Shown here piece by piece: positions 36,247 through 45,621 of a stretch of DNA of 54,113 nt. The notes beneath the pieces are model-generated. The model ran no database searches, was not told the DNA's origin, and saw nothing but the letters and a program-made list of their open reading frames with translations. The position numbers and the translations under genes are program-made. Every line of letters begins with the position of its first letter. The stretch's first letter is position 1. Source of the DNA: an uncultured Desulfobacterales bacterium (lineage in GTDB: Bacteria; Desulfobacterota; Desulfobacteria; Desulfobacterales; Desulfatirhabdiaceae); the NCBI GenBank assembly GCA_964495045.1, contig CAZBUL010000001.1:1-54113 (forward strand), read 5' to 3'.

Positions 36247-38256
36247 ATGTTCAAGAAAATCCTGATTGCCAATCGCGGTGAAATCGCCGTCCGGATCATC
36301 CAAACCTGCAAACGCATGGGAATTCAGACCGTTGCGGTCCATTCCGATGTGGATGCCAGAAGTCTTCATGTGCAGGAAGCCAACGAGGCAGTTGCCCTGG
36401 GCAGTGCCCGTTCTTCCGAATCTTATCTCGTTGCCGAAAAGGTCATTGCGGCAGCCCGGGATACCGGTTGTCAGGCAATCCATCCCGGCTATGGGTTTCT
36501 ATCTGAAAATGCGGGATTTTCCGAGCAGGTTTCTCTCTCCGGCCTGGTATTTATCGGCCCGTCCCCGGCCGCAATTGCCATGTTGGGAGACAAAATCGCA
36601 TCCAAGGCCCTGGCCGTGAAATCGGGCGTTCCGGTGGTTCCGGGTCATATCGGCATGTTGTCTGGCCTGGAGGAGGCTGCGGCGATCGCCGAGCAGATCG
36701 GTTATCCCGTGCTGCTGAAACCGGCGGCCGGCGGCGGCGGCAAAGGCATGCGGATTGTTTTACGCAAGGAAGACTTGCCCGCTGCTTTTTTGGCCTGTCA
36801 GGAAGAAACACGAAAATCGTTCGGAGACCCCCAGCTTTTCATCGAACGATATATCGCCAACCCCCGACATATCGAAATTCAGATTCTGGCCGACCGGTAC
36901 GGCAATGTCATTCATCTGGGGGAAAGAGAATGCTCCATTCAACGCCGGTACCAAAAAATCATCGAAGAAACGCCGTCGCCGGCAGTGGACCCGGCGATGC
37001 GGCAGGAAATGGGGACCATGGCCTGCAACCTCGCCAGAGAAGCCGGTTATTCCAATGCGGGAACTGTGGAATTTATCCTGGATGAAGACCGAAACATGTA
37101 TTTCCTGGAAATGAACACCCGGCTGCAGGTGGAGCATCCCGTCACCGAGAGGGTCACGCAGTTGGATCTGGTGGAACTTCAACTGAAAATTGCCTATGGA
37201 GATGTGCTGCCCCTTCGCCAGGAAGATGTTTCCTTTCACGGGTCGTCGATCGAAGCCCGGATCTGCGCCGAAGACCCGGCACGCAATTTCATGCCCGCCA
37301 CCGGGATGATCACCCGGTATGCCCCGCCGAGAGGCAGAAATATCCGGGTGGACAGCGGCATCGATTCAGGCAGTGTTGTCAGCGTCTATTATGATTCTCT
37401 CCTCTCCAAAGTGATCAGTTGGGGGCAGACCCGGGAAGAAGCGCGAAAAACACTCATCAACGCATTGAATGGATATCACATCGAGGGCGTGGTGACCAAT
37501 GTCGATTTCGTCAACCTGATTCTGAATCATCCAGCTTTTGTCAATGCGGCGCTTTCGACCCGTTTTATCGAAACACATTTTGACGCCGATAAATCGAAGA
37601 TTTCGCCGCCAACTGACCGGCTCGATCTTATGGCCATCGCCACCACGCTGATCTATCACAACCGACAGAAGCTGATCCGGGACTCATTGAAACCGATGGC
37701 CGCCCATGTCGGCGGAACGGCGAAACCCCGAGACTGGTATGATTTTATGGTCAAGAGCGAATCCGATATTTTCGAATTGCGTCTGCAGGGAGACCCGGAT
37801 CTGCGCAGTTGGACAATTTGGGCAAACGGCAATCAATACCAGGTGAAAACACCGGAGCTGGAATTTTATCGCAGACGCATCAAACTGAATATCAACGGTC
37901 AGTCCCGGATGTTTCGGCTCCAGTTTCGCGGCAATTTCATTTGGGCAGCCTTTTGCGGAATCACACGGGTGTTCGAGGTATATAGTCCTAAAGAGTGGGA
38001 ACTGGCCCAATACATGCCGACAGTTCAAAAACGGGTGTTGGACAACATCCTGGAATGCCCCATGCCGGGTCTCATCGTGGATATCCGGGTGCAGAAAGGG
38101 GATCGCGTCTATCGCGGCCAGGAAGTCGTCATTGTGGAATCCATGAAAATGGAAAGCGGTGTGGCGTCTCCCTGTGACGGCGAAGTGCTCGACATATTGG
38201 TGGAGAAAGGTCAGGCAGTGGATACCGGAAACCTGCTGATACGTTTCAAGCTTTAA
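36247..38256 (+). CDS. Acyl-CoA carboxylase alpha subunit (biotin carboxylase + C-terminal biotinyl carrier domain)
   Basis: N-terminus MFKKILIANRGEIAVRIIQTC, an ATP-grasp core, and a C-terminal biotinylation motif ESMKME. Confidence 0.9.
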   Translation: MFKKILIANRGEIAVRIIQTCKRMGIQTVAVHSDVDARSLHVQEANEAVALGSARSSESYLVAEKVIAAARDTGCQAIHPGYGFLSENAGFSEQVSLSGLVFIGPSPAAIAMLGDKIASKALAVKSGVPVVPGHIGMLSGLEEAAAIAEQIGYPVLLKPAAGGGGKGMRIVLRKEDLPAAFLACQEETRKSFGDPQLFIERYIANPRHIEIQILADRYGNVIHLGERECSIQRRYQKIIEETPSPAVDPAMRQEMGTMACNLAREAGYSNAGTVEFILDEDRNMYFLEMNTRLQVEHPVTERVTQLDLVELQLKIAYGDVLPLRQEDVSFHGSSIEARICAEDPARNFMPATGMITRYAPPRGRNIRVDSGIDSGSVVSVYYDSLLSKVISWGQTREEARKTLINALNGYHIEGVVTNVDFVNLILNHPAFVNAALSTRFIETHFDADKSKISPPTDRLDLMAIATTLIYHNRQKLIRDSLKPMAAHVGGTAKPRDWYDFMVKSESDIFELRLQGDPDLRSWTIWANGNQYQVKTPELEFYRRRIKLNINGQSRMFRLQFRGNFIWAAFCGITRVFEVYSPKEWELAQYMPTVQKRVLDNILECPMPGLIVDIRVQKGDRVYRGQEVVIVESMKMESGVASPCDGEVLDILVEKGQAVDTGNLLIRFKL

Positions 38257-38575
38257 TACCCCTCCTTTTTATTATTTTACTTGACAAATTATTAAAAACG
38301 AGGTATGTGAAATCATCTGTGGTTGTTTTTTTATTCATTATAAAGACTTTCAATGGTCCGGTTTATTCGATTGGTGCTGAATTCGCCTCTTCCCTTTGCT
38401 TGATCTGATATTTTTCCTCCTGTCCATCACAACCTTTTTGAATGAATCGAAATCTTTTATCCTTCTTTCCATTTTAATATTTCTTCAAAATATATTTTGT
38501 TGCCGCTCCTGTAAGTATCCTGTCGATCCGTACAGGAAATCATGCCGTAAACTGTTGCGGGAAAGGAGGCGTAAG

Positions 38576-38902
38576 ATGATGAATGGAAACGAAAAAAGGC
38601 GAGCGAATCGTTATTCGATGGAAGCGCCGATTCACTGCTCTTATTTCAATTTACCTGTCGGCGCCAGTGCCAAAACAATCAATTACAGTCGGGATGGTAT
38701 GTATTTCGTTTCAGAAATGGAGTTTCATCCGGGTTCCGCTGTACTCATTCAGGCAAAAAATGATGGCATAAACCGTCAATCACCTGAAAATACCGAAGGC
38801 ATGCGGCATACGACAATTGCAGAAGTTCGGTGGTGCAGAAGGGGTTCGGAACAGCCTTTTCGTTATCAGGTGGGGGTCAAATATTATGAATCCTGGTATT
38901 GA
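38576..38902 (+). CDS. PilZ-domain protein (c-di-GMP receptor-type)
   Basis: ATG lies 6 nt after AGGAGG. The RxxxR motif (RRANR) and the (D/N)xSxxG motif (NYSRDG) have the expected spacing. Confidence 0.75.
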   Translation: MMNGNEKRRANRYSMEAPIHCSYFNLPVGASAKTINYSRDGMYFVSEMEFHPGSAVLIQAKNDGINRQSPENTEGMRHTTIAEVRWCRRGSEQPFRYQVGVKYYESWY

Positions 38903-38931
38903 TACGAAAGAAAACAATTCTTCCTGCCGCA

Positions 38932-39273
38932 TTACGCATCCGTGATCAACTGGACGCCATCCTCCAGTGTCGGAAGAATCGGCAGGAAGGAATCAAACCC
39001 GGCAATTTCAAAAACTTCTTTCACATAATCCGCCATCGCACATAAAACAATTCGACCCGATGCGGGCTTGAGCCTTTTTGCGGTTTTCACAACCACCCGC
39101 AACCCGGCGCTTGTAATGTAATCCAGCTTCTGACAATCCAGAACAAAATTCCGAAACCCATCTTCCATGGCACAAGCGATGCGATTGTCCAATTCCGGTG
39201 AGGAGTTGGAATCCAATCGTCCGGATAGACTGAAGATCGTTATCTGATGTTGTCGAGTTTCAACGATATCCAT
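38932..39273 (-). CDS. STAS-domain protein (anti-sigma-factor-antagonist / SpoIIAA-like)
   Basis: 113 aa with typical STAS features (IFSLSGRLDSNSSPEL...DCQKLDYITSAGLRVVV). Confidence 0.85.
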   Translation of the reverse strand: MDIVETRQHQITIFSLSGRLDSNSSPELDNRIACAMEDGFRNFVLDCQKLDYITSAGLRVVVKTAKRLKPASGRIVLCAMADYVKEVFEIAGFDSFLPILPTLEDGVQLITDA

Positions 39274-39315
39274 AATATTTCTTGTGTGTTGGTTTCAATG
39301 AATTGTGGATAACCG

Positions 39316-39843
39316 TTAGATGAGACTCACGCCGATTTTATTTCTGCAGGAACTGCATTCTTCGGAACGTTCCGCGAGAAAAAATGCTTCCCAGTGCTGA
39401 ATTTTATCCGCCACGGCATGAAAAACATTAGACATCAACTGGGGATATTGATTCAGGGCGTGGGTAAATTTTTCACGCGATAGAATCAAAGATTCCACCG
39501 CTGTGGAAGCTTTCAATGAAAAAAGTCGGGGGGCGTGCCCCAAAAGGGTCAGTGCACCGGAAAAATCTCCGGCCGAGAAATTTCGGATGATTTTGTCTGT
39601 TCCATTTTCATTTCGAATCAAAACCGCATCTCCGGAAATCAGATAATAAGCCTGCCCGTCATCTTCGTCTTGTGTGAAGAGATAATCACCCGGCTTGTAA
39701 GTGTCACGGGTGCACAGATACGCAAACACTTTCAACGTTTCGATGGGCAACACCGAGAAAAAATAAATTTCTCTCAATATTTTCAAATTTTGTTGAAATT
39801 CACAGGTTGGACAAGATTCATTTTTTTCCACCGACCAGTTCAT
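39316..39843 (-). CDS. Cyclic-nucleotide-binding-like (CAP/Crp beta-roll) domain protein flanked by CxxC pairs
   Basis: ATG 39843 lies 6 nt after AAGGAG. The cNMP-like core reads YKPGDYLFTQDEDDGQAYYLISGDA...FSAGDFSGALTLLGHAPRLFSLKA. CPTC lies near the N-terminus and CSSC near the C-terminus. Confidence 0.7.
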   Translation of the reverse strand: MNWSVEKNESCPTCEFQQNLKILREIYFFSVLPIETLKVFAYLCTRDTYKPGDYLFTQDEDDGQAYYLISGDAVLIRNENGTDKIIRNFSAGDFSGALTLLGHAPRLFSLKASTAVESLILSREKFTHALNQYPQLMSNVFHAVADKIQHWEAFFLAERSEECSSCRNKIGVSLI

Positions 39844-42325
39844 ACAGGGCTCCTTTTCTGGCAATGAGTTCTGCATAAGATCCCATTTCAATAATTTTTC
39901 CTGCCTTCATCACAGCCACTTTGTCGAAATTCCGGATAATATCCAGCCTGTGAACGACGGATATCAGGGTCGTTTTACCTTTCCAGCGGGTTTCAAGAAG
40001 ATTTTGAATACGTGTCTGGGATTTATTGTCGAGGGCGGATGTGGCTTCATCCATGATCATGATGCGGGGCGATTTCAGAAATGTTCTGGCAATGGCCAAT
40101 TTCTGACGCTGACCTCCGGACAATTTGTCGCCTTTACTGCCAACCTGAAATTGCATACCGATTTCAACGATGGTTTCAAGGAAATCTTCTTCAATGATCA
40201 ATTGAATGATGCTTTGGTTGATCATATCGAGAGCTTTGGGATTGGATGTTTTGATCTGACCGAACAGAATATTGTTCATGATGGTTTGATTGTAGATATA
40301 ACTGGACACCTGATAAAAAGAAAATGCGGCCGGAACATCCCGCGTGATACTTTCCTGAATGAGCGCCCTTCCTTCCAGAATCATACGTTCGAGAATGGCC
40401 GGCAGGGAAACCAGCTTGTGTTTGCCGGGTTTGAAGCGAAGCGCCAGTTTCAAGAGATAATTGCGATCGTCATCGGACAGTTGCAGCAGTTTGGTGCGTT
40501 TGAGCCGTTCGACCAGCAGGATGACATCCTCCCATTCTTCCAGGGAGATGGGGCTTTGCTCGAAAAATACGGGATCCGGGGACAGACTGCCCAGGATATC
40601 GACGGTCTGCCTGGAAAGCTCGGCCCCCAGGGTCAGCAGCGGCATGTATAAATCCGCCCGGTTCAACAATTCCATAAAATAGGTGTTCTGGGGCAGATTG
40701 TTTTCCAAAAATGTGGAATCGTTGGGCGTGCCCAGAAACAGATTCTCTGCAACACTCGAAAAATACAGATATTTGCTTTCATCAAAGAACTCAACATGAT
40801 CCGTTAGTATTTCACCGAATTCCCGCTGAAAATTCTCCCGTACCGTGATCAGCCGTGCCGCGAGGTCTCCCTGACGATCTTTGTCGAGAATGGCATTGAG
40901 ACCAAACCTGAGAACATCGACAAAAATCCCCGTCTGGTGCAGAACAGCGATTTTATCATCCAGTGACGGATGATCCATATCGGTTTCCATATCATGAACA
41001 GCCGCATAGGAATACACCAGATTTTCCTCGATGGTTCCCGAAAAAATGAACGGACTCTGGGAAACAAACCCCAGATTGCTGATCAAATCCTGCTTGGTGA
41101 GCTCGGAGACTTCCTGATCACCGAGAAGCACGTGGCCGCCGGTATATTTGTAGAGTTGGCCGATACACAAAGCCAGGGTGCTTTTGCCGCTGCCCGAAAA
41201 ACCAACCAGAGCCAGCGTTTCTCCGGGTTTCAAGGACATATTGATGTTGTCGAGAAGTTGAATGCCCGTATCTGTAAGATACGTCAACTCTTTGATGTCG
41301 ATACTGCCGGAAAGCATCAGGGGGCTTCGTCCTTCAGGCTCGATGGCGAATTCGACGGGCGTGTCGAAATACTCCATCGTCCGTTTGTAACTGACCGATG
41401 CGTCCATATAGACCTGATAGAACTCGATCAATTCTTTCCAGGGATCATACAGTTTTTCTTGCGCAGATAAGAACGCCACCATGGCACCCAGTTCCAATTG
41501 CCCCTGCATGGCCAGATAGCCGCCTATGATAAAAATGACAAACGGCCCAAGACTGACGAAGAAATTGTTGGTGACTTTCACTCCCTGTTTGTAAAGAGTC
41601 CAGATGATCCGAATTTTGCGCATCTGATCGACCAGTGAACCGAATCGTCGATTTTCCAGACGAAACGTTCCGTTTCCCTGAATTTCATGAATGCCGGTAA
41701 TGGCTTCGCCAATGAGGCTGGAAATGGTTCGTGTGCTGTCAACCCGCTGTTTGTTGGCTTTGTTGGCTCCCCGCTGCAGAATGGGAATAATAATTAAAAT
41801 GATGGGATAGAGCGCCAGCGAAATGACGGCCAGCAACCAATTCAGATAGATCAAATAGCCCGCAAATGCCAGAAGCGTCAAGATGTTGATAACTGGAACG
41901 GAAATGGCCATACCGACAAAGCTGCCAGCAGTCGCCAATTCTGTGACCAAGGCCGAAACAACCATGCCGGGCTGGGCTTTTCGGTAAAAATTCAGCGGCA
42001 AGGTGAGGATGTGCCCGAACAGGTCCTTTCGCATATTCGCCAGTACGTTTTCGGATATCCTTGTCTGAAGAATGGTGATGATGAATTTAAGGCCGCTGGC
42101 CACAAGCACTGAAATCAAATAGCCGCCACAGTAAATCAGCAGCAGGTCCATCTTTTGCAATTTGATGGCTTCATTAACAATTCGTTTCTGCATCTCGAGG
42201 GGTACAACCCTGGCAAAAACGGTGACAGCAATCAGCGCGACCAGTGCAATCTGCAGTTTGACATTTCCGGGGAGAACCCATGAAAAAAGTGATCTTTTGA
42301 CAATTTGTACTTTTTCCTTTTCCAT
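39818..42325 (-). CDS. ABC exporter, fused TMD-NBD half transporter with a ~230-aa insertion inside the NBD
   Basis: Type-IV exporter TMD with about 6 TM helices. Walker A is GFSGSGKS, the Q-loop is VSQSP, and LSGGQRQ lies 360 aa after Walker A. Walker B is IMIMDEA and the H-loop is VVHR. ATG 42325 is preferred. The ORF-track start at 42355 is a TTG without an SD. Confidence 0.85.
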   Translation of the reverse strand: MEKEKVQIVKRSLFSWVLPGNVKLQIALVALIAVTVFARVVPLEMQKRIVNEAIKLQKMDLLLIYCGGYLISVLVASGLKFIITILQTRISENVLANMRKDLFGHILTLPLNFYRKAQPGMVVSALVTELATAGSFVGMAISVPVINILTLLAFAGYLIYLNWLLAVISLALYPIILIIIPILQRGANKANKQRVDSTRTISSLIGEAITGIHEIQGNGTFRLENRRFGSLVDQMRKIRIIWTLYKQGVKVTNNFFVSLGPFVIFIIGGYLAMQGQLELGAMVAFLSAQEKLYDPWKELIEFYQVYMDASVSYKRTMEYFDTPVEFAIEPEGRSPLMLSGSIDIKELTYLTDTGIQLLDNINMSLKPGETLALVGFSGSGKSTLALCIGQLYKYTGGHVLLGDQEVSELTKQDLISNLGFVSQSPFIFSGTIEENLVYSYAAVHDMETDMDHPSLDDKIAVLHQTGIFVDVLRFGLNAILDKDRQGDLAARLITVRENFQREFGEILTDHVEFFDESKYLYFSSVAENLFLGTPNDSTFLENNLPQNTYFMELLNRADLYMPLLTLGAELSRQTVDILGSLSPDPVFFEQSPISLEEWEDVILLVERLKRTKLLQLSDDDRNYLLKLALRFKPGKHKLVSLPAILERMILEGRALIQESITRDVPAAFSFYQVSSYIYNQTIMNNILFGQIKTSNPKALDMINQSIIQLIIEEDFLETIVEIGMQFQVGSKGDKLSGGQRQKLAIARTFLKSPRIMIMDEATSALDNKSQTRIQNLLETRWKGKTTLISVVHRLDIIRNFDKVAVMKAGKIIEMGSYAELIARKGALYELVGGKK

Positions 42326-42627
42326 AACGGCGAAACCCTCTTTAGGATATGACAAACGGTTTATACGAAACTGTTTTCTGAATTTTCACGGTGAAGATGC
42401 TGGCGGCACAATAAGAGCTTTTTTTATCAAAGTCCAGATGAATTGAAATCCTTTTTCGAATGCGATGATCCCATATCCTTTTCAAAAATACCATACCATT
42501 ATTTTTCTTGACTTCATTCACAGATTCCACTAAATTTTCAACCTTTATAGATGAAATGCGAAACGCTGTTATGCGATACTCGTTAACCCAATAACCTCAA
42601 TACAAAACTGAAAGGAGAAAGTAGCAC

Positions 42628-43899
42628 ATGTCAGAATTACTCCCCCCTCATGGTGGAAAAGGCTTGACCTGCTGTTTGCTCGAAGGCGCAGAACTGGCAG
42701 CCGAACTCAAAAAAGCACAAGGTCTTAAAAAAATCAATGTCAGCCCCCGCGAAAAAGGTGACCTGATCATGATGGGTATCGGCGGTTTCAGCCCGCTGAC
42801 CGGTTTTATGACCAAAGCCGACTGGAAAGGCGTTTGTGAAAACTTTCTTCTGGCAGACGGCACATTCTGGCCCATTCCGGTCACCCTGTCCGCATCCAAA
42901 GAAGAAGCCGCCGCGATTGCCATCGGCGAAGAAATTGCTCTGTTCGACCCGGAACGTAACGAATTCATGGCCACCATGAAAGTCACCGAAAAATTCGAGA
43001 TGTCCGATGCCGACAAGAAGTTCGAATGCGAAAAAGTCTATATGGGCGAAGGCACTGCTACGGCTGATGATTTCTGGAAAATCGCCAAAGACGATCATCC
43101 CGGCGTTCAGATGGTCATGCAGCAGAAAGCAGTCAACCTGGCCGGCCCAGTGAAAGTGCTCAGCGAAGCCGAATATCCCTCCAAATATGCCGGCGTATAT
43201 ATGAGACCGGCTGAATCCAGAAAGATTTTTTCCGAAAGAGGCTGGAGTGAAGTGGCTGCCCTGCAGTTGCGTAACCCCATGCATCGTTCCCACGAATATC
43301 TGTGCAAAATCGCCGTTGAAGTCTGCGACGGTGTGTTTATTCACTCACTGGTCGGCAATCTGAAACCGGGGGATATCCCGGCGGAAGTCCGCGTGAAATG
43401 TATCGATGCGCTGGTCAAGAATTATTTTGTGGAAGACAAAGTCCTTCAGGGTGGATATCCGCTGGATATGCGTTATGCCGGCCCCCGTGAAGCGCTGCTT
43501 CATGCCACTTTCCGCCAGAATTATGGCTGCTCCCGCATGATCATCGGCCGTGACCATGCCGGCGTGGGTGATTTCTATGGTATGTTCGAAGCCCAGACCA
43601 TTTTCGACAAGATTCCGAAGCCGGAAGGCGGAAAAGCCCTGCTTTGCACCCCGCTCAAAATCGACTGGACATTCTACTGCCATAAGTGCGACGGTATGGC
43701 CTCCCTCAGAACCTGCCCCCACGGCAAGGCAGACCGCGTACTCCTGAGCGGTACCGCTCTGCGTAAGGGTCTTTCTGAAGGAACCCCGATTCCCGATCAT
43801 TTTGGCCGGGATGAGGTGCTTGCCATTCTTAAAGAATACTATGCAGGCCTCGAAGAAAAAGTCGAAATCAAACTGCACGGTGCAGCCACCGGCAAATAA
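42628..43899 (+). CDS. sat: Sulfate adenylyltransferase (ATP sulfurylase), dissimilatory type
   Basis: 423 aa after AAAGGAG. It carries the motifs [13 protein letters not shown] and [12 protein letters not shown]. Confidence 0.93.
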   Translation: MSELLPPHGGKGLTCCLLEGAELAAELKKAQGLKKINVSPREKGDLIMMGIGGFSPLTGFMTKADWKGVCENFLLADGTFWPIPVTLSASKEEAAAIAIGEEIALFDPERNEFMATMKVTEKFEMSDADKKFECEKVYMGEGTATADDFWKIAKDDHPGVQMVMQQKAVNLAGPVKVLSEAEYPSKYAGVYMRPAESRKIFSERGWSEVAALQLRNPMHRSHEYLCKIAVEVCDGVFIHSLVGNLKPGDIPAEVRVKCIDALVKNYFVEDKVLQGGYPLDMRYAGPREALLHATFRQNYGCSRMIIGRDHAGVGDFYGMFEAQTIFDKIPKPEGGKALLCTPLKIDWTFYCHKCDGMASLRTCPHGKADRVLLSGTALRKGLSEGTPIPDHFGRDEVLAILKEYYAGLEEKVEIKLHGAATGK

Positions 43900-43922
43900 A
43901 CCGGCCTGTATCATATCATCAT

Positions 43923-43961
43923 AAAAAAAGGAGATGCTCTGAAAAGACATCTCCTTTTTTT
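43923..43961. terminator. Bidirectional rho-independent terminator between convergent sat and the aldolase gene
   Basis: aaaaaaa-ggagatg...catctcc-ttttttt. The stem is flanked by an A-run and a T-run, so it reads as stem plus U-tract on both strands. Confidence 0.85.
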
Positions 43962-43968
43962 ATTCAGC

Positions 43969-44601
43969 TCAGCGATATTCGATTGCCCGTGCCAGATACC
44001 GAATGAGTGTCACCCCTGCGGCTTCGATGCTCGTTCCGAAAACAACAATCCCATCCTCGTGCCCGCCCATGGCAAAAATCTGTACCGATCCTGCCGCTGT
44101 GCCCTGTAACAATGTCCGAACAGCTTCCGCCATTTCCGGTGTTCCATAAGGGATATTTCTGGGCGTGGAGGGAATGCCGACAGCATCCGCATGATGCCAG
44201 ATTTCAGGAGAGTGGACATGGATTACCGCCCCGATCGTACGATCCAATCGATAAAGCATGCCATGAGTCAGCGACTCGGACGACGGCCGAACAACACCTT
44301 TGGCGACGACATGATTGGCTGCCGGATCATATACCGTAACAACAGCATAATGTTCGGAACTTAGCCGGCTGATACCGCCGGTTTGCGTTCCACTGACCAA
44401 AAACGATTCCCCGCCGTCTGATGTCAGCCGAATGCTGATATTTCCAAAGCCCACTCCACCGTATCGGTTGATATCCTGCCCGATCAAACCCAGCCTGTAA
44501 AGAATCTGCCTCCAGGCGTTGATCTTTCCGGTCAGTTGAGCCGGCGGCGGATCGGCCGGTATAAAAGTCAGACTGAACCGGACAACGCCTTCCCGATCCA
44601 T
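43969..44601 (-). CDS. Class II aldolase/adducin-family protein
   Basis: Motifs GNISIRL, FLVSGTQTG and metal-site-like IHVHSP. The start codon overlaps the upstream stop (TGATG). Confidence 0.75.
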   Translation of the reverse strand: MDREGVVRFSLTFIPADPPPAQLTGKINAWRQILYRLGLIGQDINRYGGVGFGNISIRLTSDGGESFLVSGTQTGGISRLSSEHYAVVTVYDPAANHVVAKGVVRPSSESLTHGMLYRLDRTIGAVIHVHSPEIWHHADAVGIPSTPRNIPYGTPEMAEAVRTLLQGTAAGSVQIFAMGGHEDGIVVFGTSIEAAGVTLIRYLARAIEYR

Positions 44602-45254
44602 CAGGGCGATACAGTAGAAATCGGCTTATGGGAATATGCTTCGGCAGGAATCACGGCAAACTCGGATTTACCCGGCGGTCTCCATTGCAGCTCGATAGCT
44701 GCCGTTCCTTTTCGCTGAAAATACTGAATCATGACCGGGTACCAGCCGGAACGGGGAATGTCGAGGACTGCCTGGGGGGAAAAGCGATCGGAATGCACAT
44801 TCGGATCTGTCAGTATGGTTTGTTTGCTCAGTTCAACCCGAATGCCATCGTTTGACAGAGCCATCATTCCATATTTTCCAGGTTCGGAAAATTTAATGAA
44901 GCCATCCATTTGAATGCAGATGCCGCGGTTAACACCGCTGTCGTAGATCATGTCTTCCGGACCAAAATGATGATTAAGATAGGGAATGGGTTTTCCCCTC
45001 TTCTCAGTTGTCGATGTTGGGTCTTGCACCGGCATTTGATCGAGATGACGAATAAACTTATAGATAAAAATCGTTGAGAGACCGGATATCAGGCCATTGG
45101 TATCAGACACATCCCGTTCCGGAGATAGACCACTGATCTCGATGGGTGGATCTGGTTGTGGCTGATTTTCTGAAGTTGCACCCGGAACGATCCCGCACAC
45201 AATCGTCACCACAAATATTCCGATTATCCATTGTACCATTTTCTTCATTTTCAT
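44601..45254 (-). CDS. Secreted PA14-domain protein
   Basis: Signal peptide plus a PA14-like core (PGKYGMMALSNDGIRVEL...SGWYPVMIQYFQRKGTAAIELQW). AAGGAG precedes the ATG. Confidence 0.7.
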   Translation of the reverse strand: MKMKKMVQWIIGIFVVTIVCGIVPGATSENQPQPDPPIEISGLSPERDVSDTNGLISGLSTIFIYKFIRHLDQMPVQDPTSTTEKRGKPIPYLNHHFGPEDMIYDSGVNRGICIQMDGFIKFSEPGKYGMMALSNDGIRVELSKQTILTDPNVHSDRFSPQAVLDIPRSGWYPVMIQYFQRKGTAAIELQWRPPGKSEFAVIPAEAYSHKPISTVSP

Positions 45255-45621
45255 AAGTTCTCCTTGTAACCGATCATTCCGTATGAAAAGGCTTCCCCTT
45301 TGTTCGTGGGAAAGTTATAATCTGCAGTCAAGAACTTACTCCAGATGCTTACTTGCTTCATGAATCTTAATGATATCGGGTTTTCGAATGAAATTCAATG
45401 GCAGGAATTCCGCCGAGATCATGAACATAATTCTTTTCCTCTTTTACAGCCTGTAAAGAACATTGACAGGATTAAATCATGCTGACAGAACACCTGTTTT
45501 CTCTTCGGTTGTGATTTCTTGCAGATAAGAGATAAATTGTATTGTAATTATTATATGGCATGTCGATTGCTGTATGTTGTTCCGATGTTCCGAAACAATC
45601 GTGTGGAGGTGGGTCGTCCGT

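Noticed and set aside
38281-38309. TTGACA-N17-TATGTG sigma-70-like promoter upstream of the PilZ gene.
   Set aside because: The -35 is perfect, but the -10 matches only 3 of 6 positions and lacks the invariant final T. That is not enough to call it a feature.
38396-38575. 60-aa hydrophobic N-terminal extension that would turn the PilZ protein into a 168-aa membrane-anchored form (TTG start).
   Set aside because: The extension lies in AT-rich sequence with no SD, whereas ATG 38576 sits 6 nt after a perfect AGGAGG. The extension cannot be fully excluded without proteomics or ribosome profiling.
42342-42530. 62-aa minus-strand ORF just upstream of the ABC exporter, considered as a possible leader peptide or cargo.
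   Set aside because: The sequence is AT-rich and promoter-like, with no SD. The product is basic and featureless, with no leader-peptide or double-glycine motif.
45399-45413. Sigma-54-like spacing TGGCAG-N5-CCGC upstream of the histidine kinase gene.
   Set aside because: The -12 element is CCGC rather than TTGC. The site lies more than 200 nt from the start codon, and no enhancer-binding protein gene is nearby. It could easily be chance.
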